Source of the DNA: Pyrinomonadaceae bacterium
GTDB lineage: Bacteria; Acidobacteriota; Blastocatellia; Pyrinomonadales; Pyrinomonadaceae
Length of the DNA stretch: 64,000 nucleotides
Direction: 5' to 3'
NCBI GenBank assembly: GCA_036009045.1
Contig: DASYML010000035.1
Span: 1,066 to 65,065 of the forward strand
Part shown: piece by piece, positions 35,320 through 45,274 of the stretch
Layout of the letters: every line of letters starts with the position of its first letter
Numbering within the stretch: the stretch's first letter is position 1
Notes under the pieces: model-generated
What the model was told of the DNA's origin: nothing
The model's database searches: none
Seen by the model: only the letters and a program-made list of their open reading frames with translations
Program-made: the position numbers and the translations under genes

Positions 35320-35405
35320 TTAGCCACAGAGGAGTGAGATTGTAGGGCGGGGCTGGTCCCTGCCCCTACATTTCCTTCTTCTTGCTCTGTGACCTCTGTG
35401 GCTAA
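35320..35405. repeat. TTAGCCACAGAGG palindromic element with a nested GC-rich hairpin
   Basis: ttagccacagagg...cctctgtggctaa arms. Inner hairpin tgtagggcggggctggtccctgcccctaca. Confidence 0.75.
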
Positions 35406-35423
35406 ATTTTTTAAATGGTCCTT

Positions 35424-36644
35424 TTATTCCGGTATCTCCGCGCCAAAGGTAATCCCGCGCCGCTCGCGTCCGAGACCGGCGACGATGGCGGCCAGAGAGA
35501 AGACTATCAACGCCGTCAGCGCCATTGATTTGGCATAGCTCGTATACGATGCGAAGACGGCTTCTATATAAGCCACGCTCCCCGCGATGAGCACGCCGCA
35601 CTGGTAGGCGAAGCCCGGCAAAAATCCCCTCACCGAATCGGGCGACAATTCAGTGATGTGCGCGGGTATTACTCCCCACGCTCCCTGGACCATAAATTGT
35701 AAGAGGAACGCGCCCGTTATCAGCAGGCCCAGCGAAGGCGCAAAGGCCCACAATGGAATCACCAGTATCGCGCAGATGAAGGCCAGCATCATCGCGCGCC
35801 TGCGGCCCCAACGATCCGACAGCAGCCCGAACAAGAGGCCTCCCGTAATCGCTCCGACCATCGAGAAGGCGGTCAAAGCGGCGCGCTTCTGCGGACTGAA
35901 TCCCCAGTCGCGTTCAAGAAACGTCGGGTACATATCCTGCGTGCCATGCGAGGCGAAGTTCATCATCGCCATCAACAGCGTGAGGTAGAGCAGTGTCTTC
36001 CAGTTGGAGACGATGCCGCGTCCCAATTCGCTCCAACTCTCGTGCTTCGTCTTCTCCCACACTTCGGATTCCTTGACGCCGTAGCGTATGAAGAGGACCA
36101 GCAAGGCGGGCAATCCGCCTATGAAAAAAAGCGGTCGCCAGCCCCAACGCGGAAAGACGAAAAAATAACAGACCGCCGCGAGCAGGTATCCGACCGCGTA
36201 GCCCTCCTGAAGCAGACCTGAGAGCACGCCGCGCAACTTCGGCGGCACTTTCTCCATCGCCAGCGAAGCGCCCACGCCCCACTCGCCGCCCATCCCTATC
36301 CCGAACAACGCGCGCAGGATGAGAAACGTCGTATAGTTCGGCGCGAAGCCTGAGAGCACTTCGACGACGGAGTAAAAGACCAGGTCAATCATCAAGGGCA
36401 GCCTGCGCCCGTAACGATCCGCCAGCAACCCGAAGATGAACGCGCCGACCGGCCTGAACGCCAGCGTCACCGCGATGGTGAACGCAACCTCCGCGTCCGT
36501 CTTATGAAACTCCCGCGCGATGGCCGTCAGCGTAAAGACCACCAGAAAAAAGTCGAACGCATCCAGCGTCCAGCCTAGAAACCCTGCGGTCAACGCCGCA
36601 CGATGATCGCTCTTAGCGGGCGGATTCATATTCCTCTGGTCCAT
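35424..36644 (-). CDS. MFS transporter (metabolite:H+ symporter-like)
   Basis: 406 aa, 12 TM pattern. GLLADRYGRR and LSDRWGRRR loop motifs. Confidence 0.82.
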   Translation of the reverse strand: MDQRNMNPPAKSDHRAALTAGFLGWTLDAFDFFLVVFTLTAIAREFHKTDAEVAFTIAVTLAFRPVGAFIFGLLADRYGRRLPLMIDLVFYSVVEVLSGFAPNYTTFLILRALFGIGMGGEWGVGASLAMEKVPPKLRGVLSGLLQEGYAVGYLLAAVCYFFVFPRWGWRPLFFIGGLPALLVLFIRYGVKESEVWEKTKHESWSELGRGIVSNWKTLLYLTLLMAMMNFASHGTQDMYPTFLERDWGFSPQKRAALTAFSMVGAITGGLLFGLLSDRWGRRRAMMLAFICAILVIPLWAFAPSLGLLITGAFLLQFMVQGAWGVIPAHITELSPDSVRGFLPGFAYQCGVLIAGSVAYIEAVFASYTSYAKSMALTALIVFSLAAIVAGLGRERRGITFGAEIPE

Positions 36645-36689
36645 TAAAGATTATCCGTTCTCGTCTCCAGGCAGGAACAAGCTCTGCCC

Positions 36690-37793
36690 TCACAAATTTC
36701 GCAACTCATCCAGCGCCAGTCCCAATCTATGCAAACCTTCTTCAACGCTCGCCGTCTCGCCACCGATGCCGATGCGGAAATGTTGCGGCATCTCGAAGAA
36801 CCTGCCGGGCACAACGGATGTCTCGTACTTCTGGACCAGCAAAGCGCATAACGCATCAACGCTTCCCTCTCTCAAGAGAGGAAACGCGACCGTCCCGTGT
36901 TCGTACCGCGCGACCGACAGTTCATGCCTTGAATCGAAAAAGGAATTGAGCAACGCGCCGTTCGTTTCCAGCACTCCACGCGCGTGCGCCTCGATGCCGG
37001 ATAATTGGTCCAGCGCGAGGCAACTCAAAAGCTCCGCCGCGTGCGCGGGGATGACTCCGAAGAGGTCTGCGAGCCGCCATATCTTCTGCGCCAGTTCGGG
37101 CGGGGCCAGAATCCACCCGCAGCGCAATCCGCTCAAACCGTAAACTTTCGTCAGGCTGCTCGTGCAGATAAATTCCTGGCCCAGATGAAAGGCGGAGCGC
37201 GGCGCACTCTCGAACATCGCATCGAGATAAACTTCGTCAACGAGCACGCGCGCCCCTACCTCTCGCGCCATCTCTCCGACACGTCTGAGCGTCAACTCGT
37301 CCGCGTAAGCGCTGCTCGGATTATGCAAATTCGTCAGGACGACGAGCCGCGTGCGCGAAGTTATCTCTTTTGAGATTTCATCCGGGTCCAGGCGAAAATT
37401 CTCTTCAAAACGGCGCGTGAATCTCTTGACGGACGCGCCCAGATATTGCGCCGTGCTGCGGATGAGTTCGTAGGTGGGATATTCGATTAAGACTTCGTCG
37501 CCCGGTTCGATGATGGCGGCCATCGCCAGGTGATTCGCCATAGAGGTTCCGGTCGCGGCGACGACTGAAGACGTGTTCACAGCCAGCTTGTCTGCCAGTC
37601 TCTTTTGCAGCGGCTCGTAGCCGTAATAACTCTGCCCGCTCAATTCCAAATCTTCCAGCTTTAAAGAGAGCCGCGCCAGCGGAAAATTCGCCAGCCCGCT
37701 CGACGCCAGATTAAAGCGTGCCTGCGAGCGCGTCTTGGCCCACAACATGTACTCGGAACTCATCACGCGCGCAACGCGCAAAGCTTCACTCAT
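36690..37793 (-). CDS. PLP-dependent aminotransferase, class I/II
   Basis: LTNLHNPS...SSLTKVYGLSGLRCGW (PLP Lys). ATG 37793 overlaps the upstream permease stop (ATGAGTGA). Confidence 0.85.
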   Translation of the reverse strand: MSEALRVARVMSSEYMLWAKTRSQARFNLASSGLANFPLARLSLKLEDLELSGQSYYGYEPLQKRLADKLAVNTSSVVAATGTSMANHLAMAAIIEPGDEVLIEYPTYELIRSTAQYLGASVKRFTRRFEENFRLDPDEISKEITSRTRLVVLTNLHNPSSAYADELTLRRVGEMAREVGARVLVDEVYLDAMFESAPRSAFHLGQEFICTSSLTKVYGLSGLRCGWILAPPELAQKIWRLADLFGVIPAHAAELLSCLALDQLSGIEAHARGVLETNGALLNSFFDSRHELSVARYEHGTVAFPLLREGSVDALCALLVQKYETSVVPGRFFEMPQHFRIGIGGETASVEEGLHRLGLALDELRNL

Positions 37794-39225
37794 GACGCCT
37801 CCACCAACGCCAGAAAAAATAGACGGGAATCCCCGCCACCACAATCAAGAGCCCGATGGCGCTATTGGCCGGAGACTTGTTAATCGTGCTGACGACTATC
37901 AACGCGCACGCCAGCACGAACAACGCCGTCGTCACAGGATGGCCCGGCACGCTGTAACCCACATCTTCGGTCTCAACGCTTGTCTCATCGTTCGCCTCTT
38001 GCGCGCGATGACGAAAGACGAAGATGGAGGCAGCCGTCAGTCCGAACCAGATGAAGTCAACCGAGACCACGTAGTTGAGTATCTGTTCGTACTTGCCTGA
38101 GCGGGCGATGATGATTGCGAGCAAGCCTTGCAGCGCAATCGCCAGCACGGGCACGCGCGTGCGCGGGTCCAGCCACGCGACCCTCTTAAAGAAGAGTCCA
38201 TCCTCTGCCATCGCGTAATAGACGCGCGGCGCGGTCAACATTCCCTGGCTCAAAAATCCTAGCGTCGAGATGGCTATGCCGACGGCGATGAGCGCAGCCC
38301 CGCGCTCTCCGAAGGCTTTACGCATGACGGAAGAGGCGGGAGTCGTCGTCACCGCTAAACCGTCCGGTCCAAGCGCGTAGAGACAGACGAAGTTGACGGC
38401 CATGTAAAGGAGTATGACGCCCATCACGCCTATGAGCAGACCGCGCGCCAGGTCTCTGCGCGGGTCCCTCATCTCGCCCGCGACGAAACTCGCCGTCTGC
38501 CATCCGCCGTAAGCGAACATCACTGGCGTCATCGCCGCTCCCATCGCCGTCAGCAGGCCCAACGAAACGGGACGGTCGAGCGGCGGCGCTTGAAACGTGC
38601 TCGCTGGACCAGAAATGAAGAACAGCCCGCAGACGATGAGCGCTGCAATCGCCAGAATCTTCAGGACCATGAGCAGATTTTGCATACTGCTCCCGGCGCG
38701 CACGCCGAGGCAGTTGATGACGGTTAAGAGGCCCAGCGCGAGGACCGCGACGAGCCATTCCGCGACGGGCGCGCGTGTGATTTCCAGGAAGTAACGAGAG
38801 AAGGTGACGGCGACCGCAGCCATCCCGCCCGTCTGCGTCACGAGCAGTAAGGCCCAGCCATAGATGAACGCGATTGACGGGTGATAAGCCTCGCGCAGGT
38901 AAGCATACTGCCCGCCGACGTGCGGACGCCGCGCCGCGAGTTCCGCGTAGATGAACGCGCCCGCCAGCGCGATGAGACCGCCGAGCAGCCACGCACCCAG
39001 AATCATGAAAGGGCTATGAACCTGCCTGGCGACGACATAGGGGTTGATGAAGATGCCGCTTCCGATGATGCCGCCCATGACGATCATCGTCGCGTCGAAT
39101 AATCCCAGGCGGCGAGCGAGTCCCGTCGCAACGAGCGCGCCCCGCGCTTCGCCCCGCTCAACAATTTTCGGTCCATTCGTCAACGGCTCTTTACCTTGTT
39201 TGATAGAGGAGCATAAGATAGTCAC
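37786..39225 (-). CDS. APC-family amino acid permease
   Basis: MIVMGGIIGSGIF signature, 12 TM pattern, 479 aa. Confidence 0.87.
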   Translation of the reverse strand: MTILCSSIKQGKEPLTNGPKIVERGEARGALVATGLARRLGLFDATMIVMGGIIGSGIFINPYVVARQVHSPFMILGAWLLGGLIALAGAFIYAELAARRPHVGGQYAYLREAYHPSIAFIYGWALLLVTQTGGMAAVAVTFSRYFLEITRAPVAEWLVAVLALGLLTVINCLGVRAGSSMQNLLMVLKILAIAALIVCGLFFISGPASTFQAPPLDRPVSLGLLTAMGAAMTPVMFAYGGWQTASFVAGEMRDPRRDLARGLLIGVMGVILLYMAVNFVCLYALGPDGLAVTTTPASSVMRKAFGERGAALIAVGIAISTLGFLSQGMLTAPRVYYAMAEDGLFFKRVAWLDPRTRVPVLAIALQGLLAIIIARSGKYEQILNYVVSVDFIWFGLTAASIFVFRHRAQEANDETSVETEDVGYSVPGHPVTTALFVLACALIVVSTINKSPANSAIGLLIVVAGIPVYFFWRWWRRHE

Positions 39226-39363
39226 TCATCGCACGAATGTCCAGACAGTTGCAAAGACTCAACTCGCTTGACGCACTGCGCACGCCGTGCTAGTTTGCCG
39301 TTTCAATCATGTTATGACTAGCGAGCCTTTATTAGCTCACCGAAAGGTGTGTAGGAGACGCAC

Positions 39364-40479
39364 TTGACTTCACCTGCGCTGAAGCAGACGCCGCTCAATG
39401 CGATGCACCGCCGCCAGGGCGGGAAGATGGTTGATTTCGGCGGCTGGGATATGCCCGTCCAGTATCCCGCCGGGACGGTCGAAGAACACCTCCGCACACG
39501 AAAGCGCGCGGGCCTCTTCGATGTCTCCCACATGGGGGAGATTGACGTGCGCGGCGTGGACGCGACTCCCTTCGTCAATCGCATCACATCCAACGACGCC
39601 TCGAAACTGGTGGACGGGCAGGCGCAGTATTCGGCCCTGACAACGCCCGAAGGCACTGTCGTTGACGACCTCCTCGTGTATCGCTTCGCGCAGGACCATT
39701 TATTGCTCGTCGTCAATGCCTCCACGACCGAGAAAGACTGGGAATGGATTGCCTCTCATCAAGAGAGCGAGGATGTCAAACTCTCGAACGTGAGCGCGCA
39801 GTATTGCCAGCTTGCACTGCAAGGCCCGGATGCGCTCGGTATCTTGCAGACCTTGACGGACGTGCCGCTCGCGCAGATTAAGTACTACCATTTCCGAGAG
39901 GGGACGGTTGACGGCGTGCCATCCATCATCTCGCGCACGGGCTACACCGGCGAAGACGGCTTTGAAGTTTACGCCGCGCCGGACAGGGCGGAGCAACTCT
40001 GGAATAAGATGCTTGAGGCGGGCGGCTATGGCACGGATGAAGGCGTCCTGCCCTGCGGGCTGGCGGCGCGCAATACCTTGAGGCTCGAATCAGCGATGGC
40101 GCTCTACGGCCACGAGATAGACGACACGACCACGCTGCTCGAAGCCAACCTGGGCTGGATTTGCAAGCTGAATAAAGGCGAATTTACGGGGCGCGAGGCG
40201 CTGGCGAAACAGAAGGAAGAGGGCGTCAAGCGCAAGCTGGTCGGCTTTGAAGTGACGGAGCGTGGCATCGCGCGCGACGGCCAGGATATTTTGATTAACG
40301 GAGAGCGTGCGGGCCGCGTCACTTCCGGCAGCCCCGCGCCGTTTCTCAAGAAGAACATCGGCCTCGCCTACGTCCCCGTCGAGTTTGCGAAGGTGGACCA
40401 GGAATTACAGATTGAAGTGCGTGGCCGCCCCGTCGGCGCGAAAGTTGTGCCCACGCCTTTTTATAAAAGAGCAAAATAG
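39364..40479 (+). CDS. gcvT: Glycine cleavage system aminomethyltransferase (T protein)
   Basis: KQTPLNAMHRRQGGKMVDFGGWDMPVQY N-terminus. TTG start 5 nt after AGGAGA. Confidence 0.93.
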   Translation: MTSPALKQTPLNAMHRRQGGKMVDFGGWDMPVQYPAGTVEEHLRTRKRAGLFDVSHMGEIDVRGVDATPFVNRITSNDASKLVDGQAQYSALTTPEGTVVDDLLVYRFAQDHLLLVVNASTTEKDWEWIASHQESEDVKLSNVSAQYCQLALQGPDALGILQTLTDVPLAQIKYYHFREGTVDGVPSIISRTGYTGEDGFEVYAAPDRAEQLWNKMLEAGGYGTDEGVLPCGLAARNTLRLESAMALYGHEIDDTTTLLEANLGWICKLNKGEFTGREALAKQKEEGVKRKLVGFEVTERGIARDGQDILINGERAGRVTSGSPAPFLKKNIGLAYVPVEFAKVDQELQIEVRGRPVGAKVVPTPFYKRAK

Positions 40480-40557
40480 TTTTCAGTTTTGAGTTTCCAG
40501 CTTTCAGAAAAAGGCGAGTTGATTTTTCCGAAAGCTGGAAACTCAAAACTGAAAACT
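40478..40557. repeat. Heptamer-periodic hairpin (NAGTTTN units)
   Basis: agttttc agtttt gagtttc cagcttt c ... gaaagctg gaaactc aaaactg aaaact. Begins at the gcvT stop codon. Confidence 0.8.
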
Positions 40558-40569
40558 GAGGAGAACATA

Positions 40570-40968
40570 ATGGCGAACGTCCCGGAGAATTTACATTACA
40601 GTAAGGACCACGAATGGGTGAGCGTCGAGGGTGACATAGCCACCATCGGCATCACGGACCACGCGCAGGATTCGCTCGGCGATGTGGTCTATGTCGAACT
40701 GCCGAAGGTCGGTGAGACCTTTTCTGCCGATGATGTGATAGGCATCGTCGAATCCGTCAAAGCGACTTCGGAGATTTACACGCCCCTCTCTGGCGAGGTG
40801 GTCGAAGTCAACGAACTGCTGCACGATGAGGACAACACTCCTCTGGTCAATACGGACCCTTACGGCAAGGCGTGGATGATTCGCCTGCGCCTGGAAAAGC
40901 CTGGCGAAGTGGACAGCATGCTGACCGCCGCCGAATATGAAGACTTTACGAAACCGGAGCCAGAATAG
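40570..40968 (+). CDS. gcvH: Glycine cleavage system H protein
   Basis: YSKDHEWV...ESVKATSEIY (lipoyl-Lys motif). ATG 40570 follows GAGGAGA. Confidence 0.93.
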   Translation: MANVPENLHYSKDHEWVSVEGDIATIGITDHAQDSLGDVVYVELPKVGETFSADDVIGIVESVKATSEIYTPLSGEVVEVNELLHDEDNTPLVNTDPYGKAWMIRLRLEKPGEVDSMLTAAEYEDFTKPEPE

Positions 40969-40971
40969 AAG

Positions 40972-42321
40972 TTGCGTTACATCCCAAACTCGCCAGAGGA
41001 ACGCGCCGAGATGCTCAAAAGGGTGGGCCTCAACTCGGCGGCAGAACTCTTCGACTCGATACCGGCGAAACTACAGCTTGGCGATCATCTCAAAGTGCCT
41101 GCGGCAGTTTCCGAGATTGAATTGCTCGCCACGTTTGAAGCGATGGCCGCGCGCAACCACGCCGCGCGCCGTCCCAACTTTCTGGGCGCTGGCGCATACG
41201 CCCATTATTCGCCGACGATTGTGGACCATCTCATCCAGCGTTCCGAATTCTTCACGGCCTACACGCCTTACCAGCCGGAAATCTCGCAGGGCACGCTGCA
41301 AGTCATCTTTGAATTTCAAACGCTGGTCTGCCAACTGACCGGGATGGACGTTGCCAACGCTTCGATGTACGACGGCTCGACAGCGCTCGCGGAGGCCGTG
41401 CTGATGGCCGAACGCGTCACGCGCCGCAGCAAGGTCGCCGTCTCAAATGCGGTCCACCCTGAATTTCTGGAAGTCGCCAACACCTACGTCCAGCACGCCG
41501 GGGTTGAGTTGGAGCATCTGGACTTTGACGGCGAGACGGGACAGACCAGCGCGGAAGCTCTCGCGGCGCTCGATGAGCAGACCGCCGCGCTCGTCATCCA
41601 GTCGCCAAACTTCTTCGGTTGCATAGAGGACGTGCGCGCCCTGGCCGAACGCGCGCACAGCGTCGGCGCGTTGCTCATCGTCTGCGTGACGGAATCAATC
41701 TCGCTCGGACTCCTGCGCTCGCCCGGCTCATGCGGCGCGGACATCGTCGTTGCGGAGGGGCAATCTTTCGGCGTGCCTCTATCATATGGTGGTCCATATC
41801 TGGGCCTCTTTGCGACGCGCGATAAGTATGCGCGGCAGATGCCGGGCCGTCTCGTCGGAGAGGCCGTTGACAAACAGGGGCGACGCGGCTTCGTCCTCAC
41901 GCTCGCCACGCGCGAGCAGCACATACGCCGCGAGAAAGCCACTTCCAACATCTGCACCAACGAAGGACTCATCGCGCTCGCGGCGACGATTTATTTAGAG
42001 ACGATGGGACCGCGCGGGATGCGTGAGGTGGCCCAACAATGCGCGCAGAAGGCCGCCTACACCGCGCGCCGCATCAACGAGCTCGAAGGCTTCTCAACGC
42101 CCTTCAGCGCGCCTTGCTTCAACGAATTTGTCGTCCGCGCGCCGGTCCAGGCTGCGGAACTCTTATCGCGTCTCGCCGCAGAGAAGAGCATCACGGGCGG
42201 CCTCGCGCTCTCGCGTTACTATGCGGAACGCCCCAACGATTTCCTCGTCTGCGTCACGGAAACAAACTCGCGCGCAGAGATAGACGCGCTCATTGAGGGA
42301 CTGAAGGATTTAACCATTTAA
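40972..42321 (+). CDS. gcvPA: Glycine dehydrogenase (decarboxylating) subunit 1
   Basis: MRYIPNSPEER N-terminus, 449 aa, in gcvH-PA-PB order. Confidence 0.93.
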   Translation: MRYIPNSPEERAEMLKRVGLNSAAELFDSIPAKLQLGDHLKVPAAVSEIELLATFEAMAARNHAARRPNFLGAGAYAHYSPTIVDHLIQRSEFFTAYTPYQPEISQGTLQVIFEFQTLVCQLTGMDVANASMYDGSTALAEAVLMAERVTRRSKVAVSNAVHPEFLEVANTYVQHAGVELEHLDFDGETGQTSAEALAALDEQTAALVIQSPNFFGCIEDVRALAERAHSVGALLIVCVTESISLGLLRSPGSCGADIVVAEGQSFGVPLSYGGPYLGLFATRDKYARQMPGRLVGEAVDKQGRRGFVLTLATREQHIRREKATSNICTNEGLIALAATIYLETMGPRGMREVAQQCAQKAAYTARRINELEGFSTPFSAPCFNEFVVRAPVQAAELLSRLAAEKSITGGLALSRYYAERPNDFLVCVTETNSRAEIDALIEGLKDLTI

Positions 42322-42322
42322 G

Positions 42323-42401
42323 CATTGATTCATTGACTCATCGGCTCATTGATTCATTTATTAATGGGCCAATGAATCAATGAGCCGATGAGTCAATGAA
42401 T
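42323..42401. repeat. Periodic hairpin (TCATTGA units)
   Basis: cattgat tcattgac tcatcggc tcattgat tcatt ... aatgaatcaatgagccgatgagtcaatgaat. Confidence 0.8.
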
Positions 42402-42409
42402 TAATCGAG

Positions 42410-43933
42410 ATGACCAATATCACCAAAGTCACACAGCATCTTTCGCACAACGAGCAACTGATTTTCGAGCGCTCGCAGCCGGGCCGCGTCGGTTATCGCC
42501 TGCCGCCGCTCGACGTGGACGAGACGCCGCTCGATGACATTATCCCGAAAGATTTTCAGCGCGATGATGACCTGGAAGGAATGCCGGAAGTGAGCGAGGT
42601 GGATGTCGTGCGCCACTTCACGCGTATCTCGACCTGGAATTATTCGATTGACCTGGGGCTGTACCCGCTCGGCTCCTGCACCATGAAATATAACTCGCGC
42701 CTCAACGAGAAGGTCGCGCGCATACATGGCCTGGCGAACCTGCACCCGCTCGCATCGGAAGAGGACGCGCAGGGAGCCTTGCAACTCATCTACGAACTAC
42801 AGCAGCATCTCTCCGAAATCACGGGGCTGGCCGGAGTCTCCCTGCAACCGGCTGCGGGCGCGCACGGTGAGATGACCGGCATCATGCTCATACGCGCCTT
42901 CATAGACGCGCGCGACGGCGAGGGAGCTTCCGCCAAACGCCGCGTCATGCTCATCCCGGATTCCGCGCATGGGACCAATCCGGCGTCGGCGCATCTTTCC
43001 GGCTTCACTGTCAAAACCATCAAGTCAACGTCCGAAGGCTTGACGGACCTGGACCACCTGCGAGAGCTTTGCGCGTCGGGCGATGTCGCCGGATTGATGC
43101 TCACCAACCCGAACACGCTCGGACTCTTCGAGAAAAACATCAGCGAGATTTGCCGTATCATACACGACGCGGGCGGGCTGGTTTACATGGACGGCGCGAA
43201 CATGAACGCGCTCGTCGGCGTCGCGCGTCCCGGCGATATGGGCGTGGACGTGATTCATCTCAACCTGCACAAGACCTTTTCCACTCCGCACGGCGGCGGT
43301 GGTCCAGGCTCCGGCCCTTGCTGTTGCACGAAAGAGCTTGAGCCGTTCCTGCCCGTCCCGCGAGTGGCGTTGGATGGTGAAAAGTTCCGGCTCGATTTTA
43401 ATCGCCCGCAATCCATCGGGCGCGTCAAAGCCTTTCACGGAAATTTTGGAATGATGGTGCGCGCGCTCAGTTATATTCTGACGCACGGTTACGAAGGTTT
43501 GCGCGAAGCGACTGAGGCTGCGGTCCTGAACGCGCGTTATATCGCGCAAGGGTTGGCGGGCGATTACGAAAAGCCCTTCGAGGCTTCGCCGATGCACGAG
43601 GTCGTCTTCACGGACAAACGTCAATCGCGCAAGGGCGTCCACACGTTGGACATCGCCAAGCGGCTGATAGACTACGGCTTTCATCCGATGACGATCTATT
43701 TCCCGCTCATCGTCCAGGGAGCGATGTTGATTGAGCCGACCGAATCCGTCGGACGACAGGAATTGGACCAATTTATCGAGGCCATGCGCTTCATCGCGCG
43801 CGAAGCCGTCGAAGACCCCGAAATGGTCCTCAACGCCCCGCACACCACACGCATCGGACGCCTCGACGAAGCCGCTGCCGCGCGCCGCCCCGTCCTTCGC
43901 TGGAAACCGAAAGCCAGAGCGGACGCCGCTTAA
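42410..43933 (+). CDS. gcvPB: Glycine dehydrogenase (decarboxylating) subunit 2
   Basis: HLNLHKTFSTPHGGGGPG (PLP Lys region). 507 aa. Confidence 0.93.
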   Translation: MTNITKVTQHLSHNEQLIFERSQPGRVGYRLPPLDVDETPLDDIIPKDFQRDDDLEGMPEVSEVDVVRHFTRISTWNYSIDLGLYPLGSCTMKYNSRLNEKVARIHGLANLHPLASEEDAQGALQLIYELQQHLSEITGLAGVSLQPAAGAHGEMTGIMLIRAFIDARDGEGASAKRRVMLIPDSAHGTNPASAHLSGFTVKTIKSTSEGLTDLDHLRELCASGDVAGLMLTNPNTLGLFEKNISEICRIIHDAGGLVYMDGANMNALVGVARPGDMGVDVIHLNLHKTFSTPHGGGGPGSGPCCCTKELEPFLPVPRVALDGEKFRLDFNRPQSIGRVKAFHGNFGMMVRALSYILTHGYEGLREATEAAVLNARYIAQGLAGDYEKPFEASPMHEVVFTDKRQSRKGVHTLDIAKRLIDYGFHPMTIYFPLIVQGAMLIEPTESVGRQELDQFIEAMRFIAREAVEDPEMVLNAPHTTRIGRLDEAAAARRPVLRWKPKARADAA

Positions 43934-44077
43934 GGAAGGCAAAAGGTTAAAGGCACAAGGAAGGTCGGCTGAAACAGCTTTTAATCCAAAGCTGGCTGCC
44001 CCTGCCTGTGGCCTTGACCTGTTTACTTTACACTGGCACTTTAAGCCACGCCAGTCTCTCCGATTAACAAACTTATA

Positions 44078-44189
44078 TTATAGTCGTTTGCGATTGGATG
44101 AGACCATGAGCGTGAAGAGTCTTATTTTGCTTTGCGCCTTGGCGCCTTGGCGTGAGATTGTTTCTCGCTGGTGGCGCCAAGGCGCAAAG
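44078..44189 (+). repeat. Family-B module, copy 2, followed by a GCGCCTTG-periodic hairpin
   Basis: ttatagtcgtttgcgattggatgagaccatgagcgtgaagagtcttattttgctttgcg, then ctttgcgccttggcgccttggcg ... ggcgccaaggcgcaaag. Confidence 0.8.
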
Positions 44190-44217
44190 CTCATACGCAA
44201 TGGCAAACCGCTATGAG

Positions 44218-44342
44218 TTGCAATAGAAAGAGAGGTCAGTACCGCCTGCGGCAGTGGGCGGGTGCTGTGCGAGGTTGAGGACCCGCACGGCTTAAGCAGG
44301 CGGTATTGACTGCTTCATCTCACACCTCTCTTTCTACTGCAA
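44218..44342. repeat. Long imperfect palindrome (about 125 nt)
   Basis: ttgcaatagaaagagaggt (44218-44236) pairs with acctctctttctactgcaa (44324-44342). Inner arms cagtaccgcctgc / gcaggcggtattg. Confidence 0.75.
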
Positions 44343-44480
44343 TTTGGTATTACCCATTCTTGACGAGCTAGATGAAGGGGCGCATACTAAAGACGCTCAC
44401 GGCTCCCTCTGCCTGTATCAAGCGATACTAATTGCAAGCCGCATCCCCCTTTTGAATTACTAATACGAGGAACACATCAG

Positions 44481-45269
44481 ATGCAAAGCTATAGGAAATC
44501 AATGCTCCTGATAGGCGCAGTGTTTGCTATTGTGGTAGTCACAGCAATGGCGTCGCTACGCAGGGCAGATCAAAACATCTCACCTGCTCAGGCCCCACAA
44601 CAGGTTGATGAAGTTCAATTGCCGGTCGCTGATAGCGCGGCTCAAGAATCCGCCGACCCGTTGGAGCGCGCCCGGAGGAAAGGCAAGAATAAACGCTATA
44701 ACAATTCAGGCTCGCGTCCGATTGAGGATGCGACGTATGCCTACGAACGCATCCAGAGCGGCCACTGGTCGAGGGGAATCTCGGCAATCCCCGCAGCCCA
44801 GAGCGATGTCGTGTTGATAGGTGAAGTCACGGATGCACACGCATATCTATCAGATGATAAGACGGGTGTTTACTCTGAATTTACGATTCTGACCGGAACA
44901 GCACTCAAGAACGATTCCAGTAATCCTCTGTATCCCGGCGGCACAATTACCGCCAATCGTCCCGGTGGCGCAGTGCGCTTCCCTTCCGGGCATATCCATA
45001 AATTTAAAACAAGCAGCCAGGGTTCGCCGCGTGTGGGTCGGCAGTATCTATTTTTTTTGAAGCGTACTGACCAGGGACAGGATTTCTCCATCATCACAGG
45101 GTATGAGCTACGCGGCGGGCGTGTTGCCCCATTAGATGGCGCAGGCGTCGAGGGAGGTGAGCGGCTGCCCTTTGACGAATATAACGGCGCTGACGAGTCA
45201 GCTTTTCTGAAGACGGTGCAAGACGCTATCCAACAGGCTCTGCAAAGTTCTTCTGAAAGGAGGAACTAG
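44481..45269 (+). CDS. Exported or membrane-anchored protein of unknown function
   Basis: N-terminal hydrophobic [16 protein letters not shown]. Lower-GC DNA. No recognised motif. Confidence 0.55.
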   Translation: MQSYRKSMLLIGAVFAIVVVTAMASLRRADQNISPAQAPQQVDEVQLPVADSAAQESADPLERARRKGKNKRYNNSGSRPIEDATYAYERIQSGHWSRGISAIPAAQSDVVLIGEVTDAHAYLSDDKTGVYSEFTILTGTALKNDSSNPLYPGGTITANRPGGAVRFPSGHIHKFKTSSQGSPRVGRQYLFFLKRTDQGQDFSIITGYELRGGRVAPLDGAGVEGGERLPFDEYNGADESAFLKTVQDAIQQALQSSSERRN

Positions 45270-45274
45270 GGCCA

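Noticed and set aside
39226-39363. Glycine riboswitch upstream of gcvT
   Set aside because: Only a CACCGAAAGG hairpin resembles the consensus. The GGAGAG and CTCAGGCAA-type core elements are absent, and the region is too short for a tandem aptamer. An Rfam scan would settle it.
43025-43942. 305-aa minus-strand ORF opposite gcvPB; similar cases at 54096-54869 and 55311-56153 opposite the AlkP-like gene
   Set aside because: Shadow ORFs. The sense strands encode recognisable proteins.
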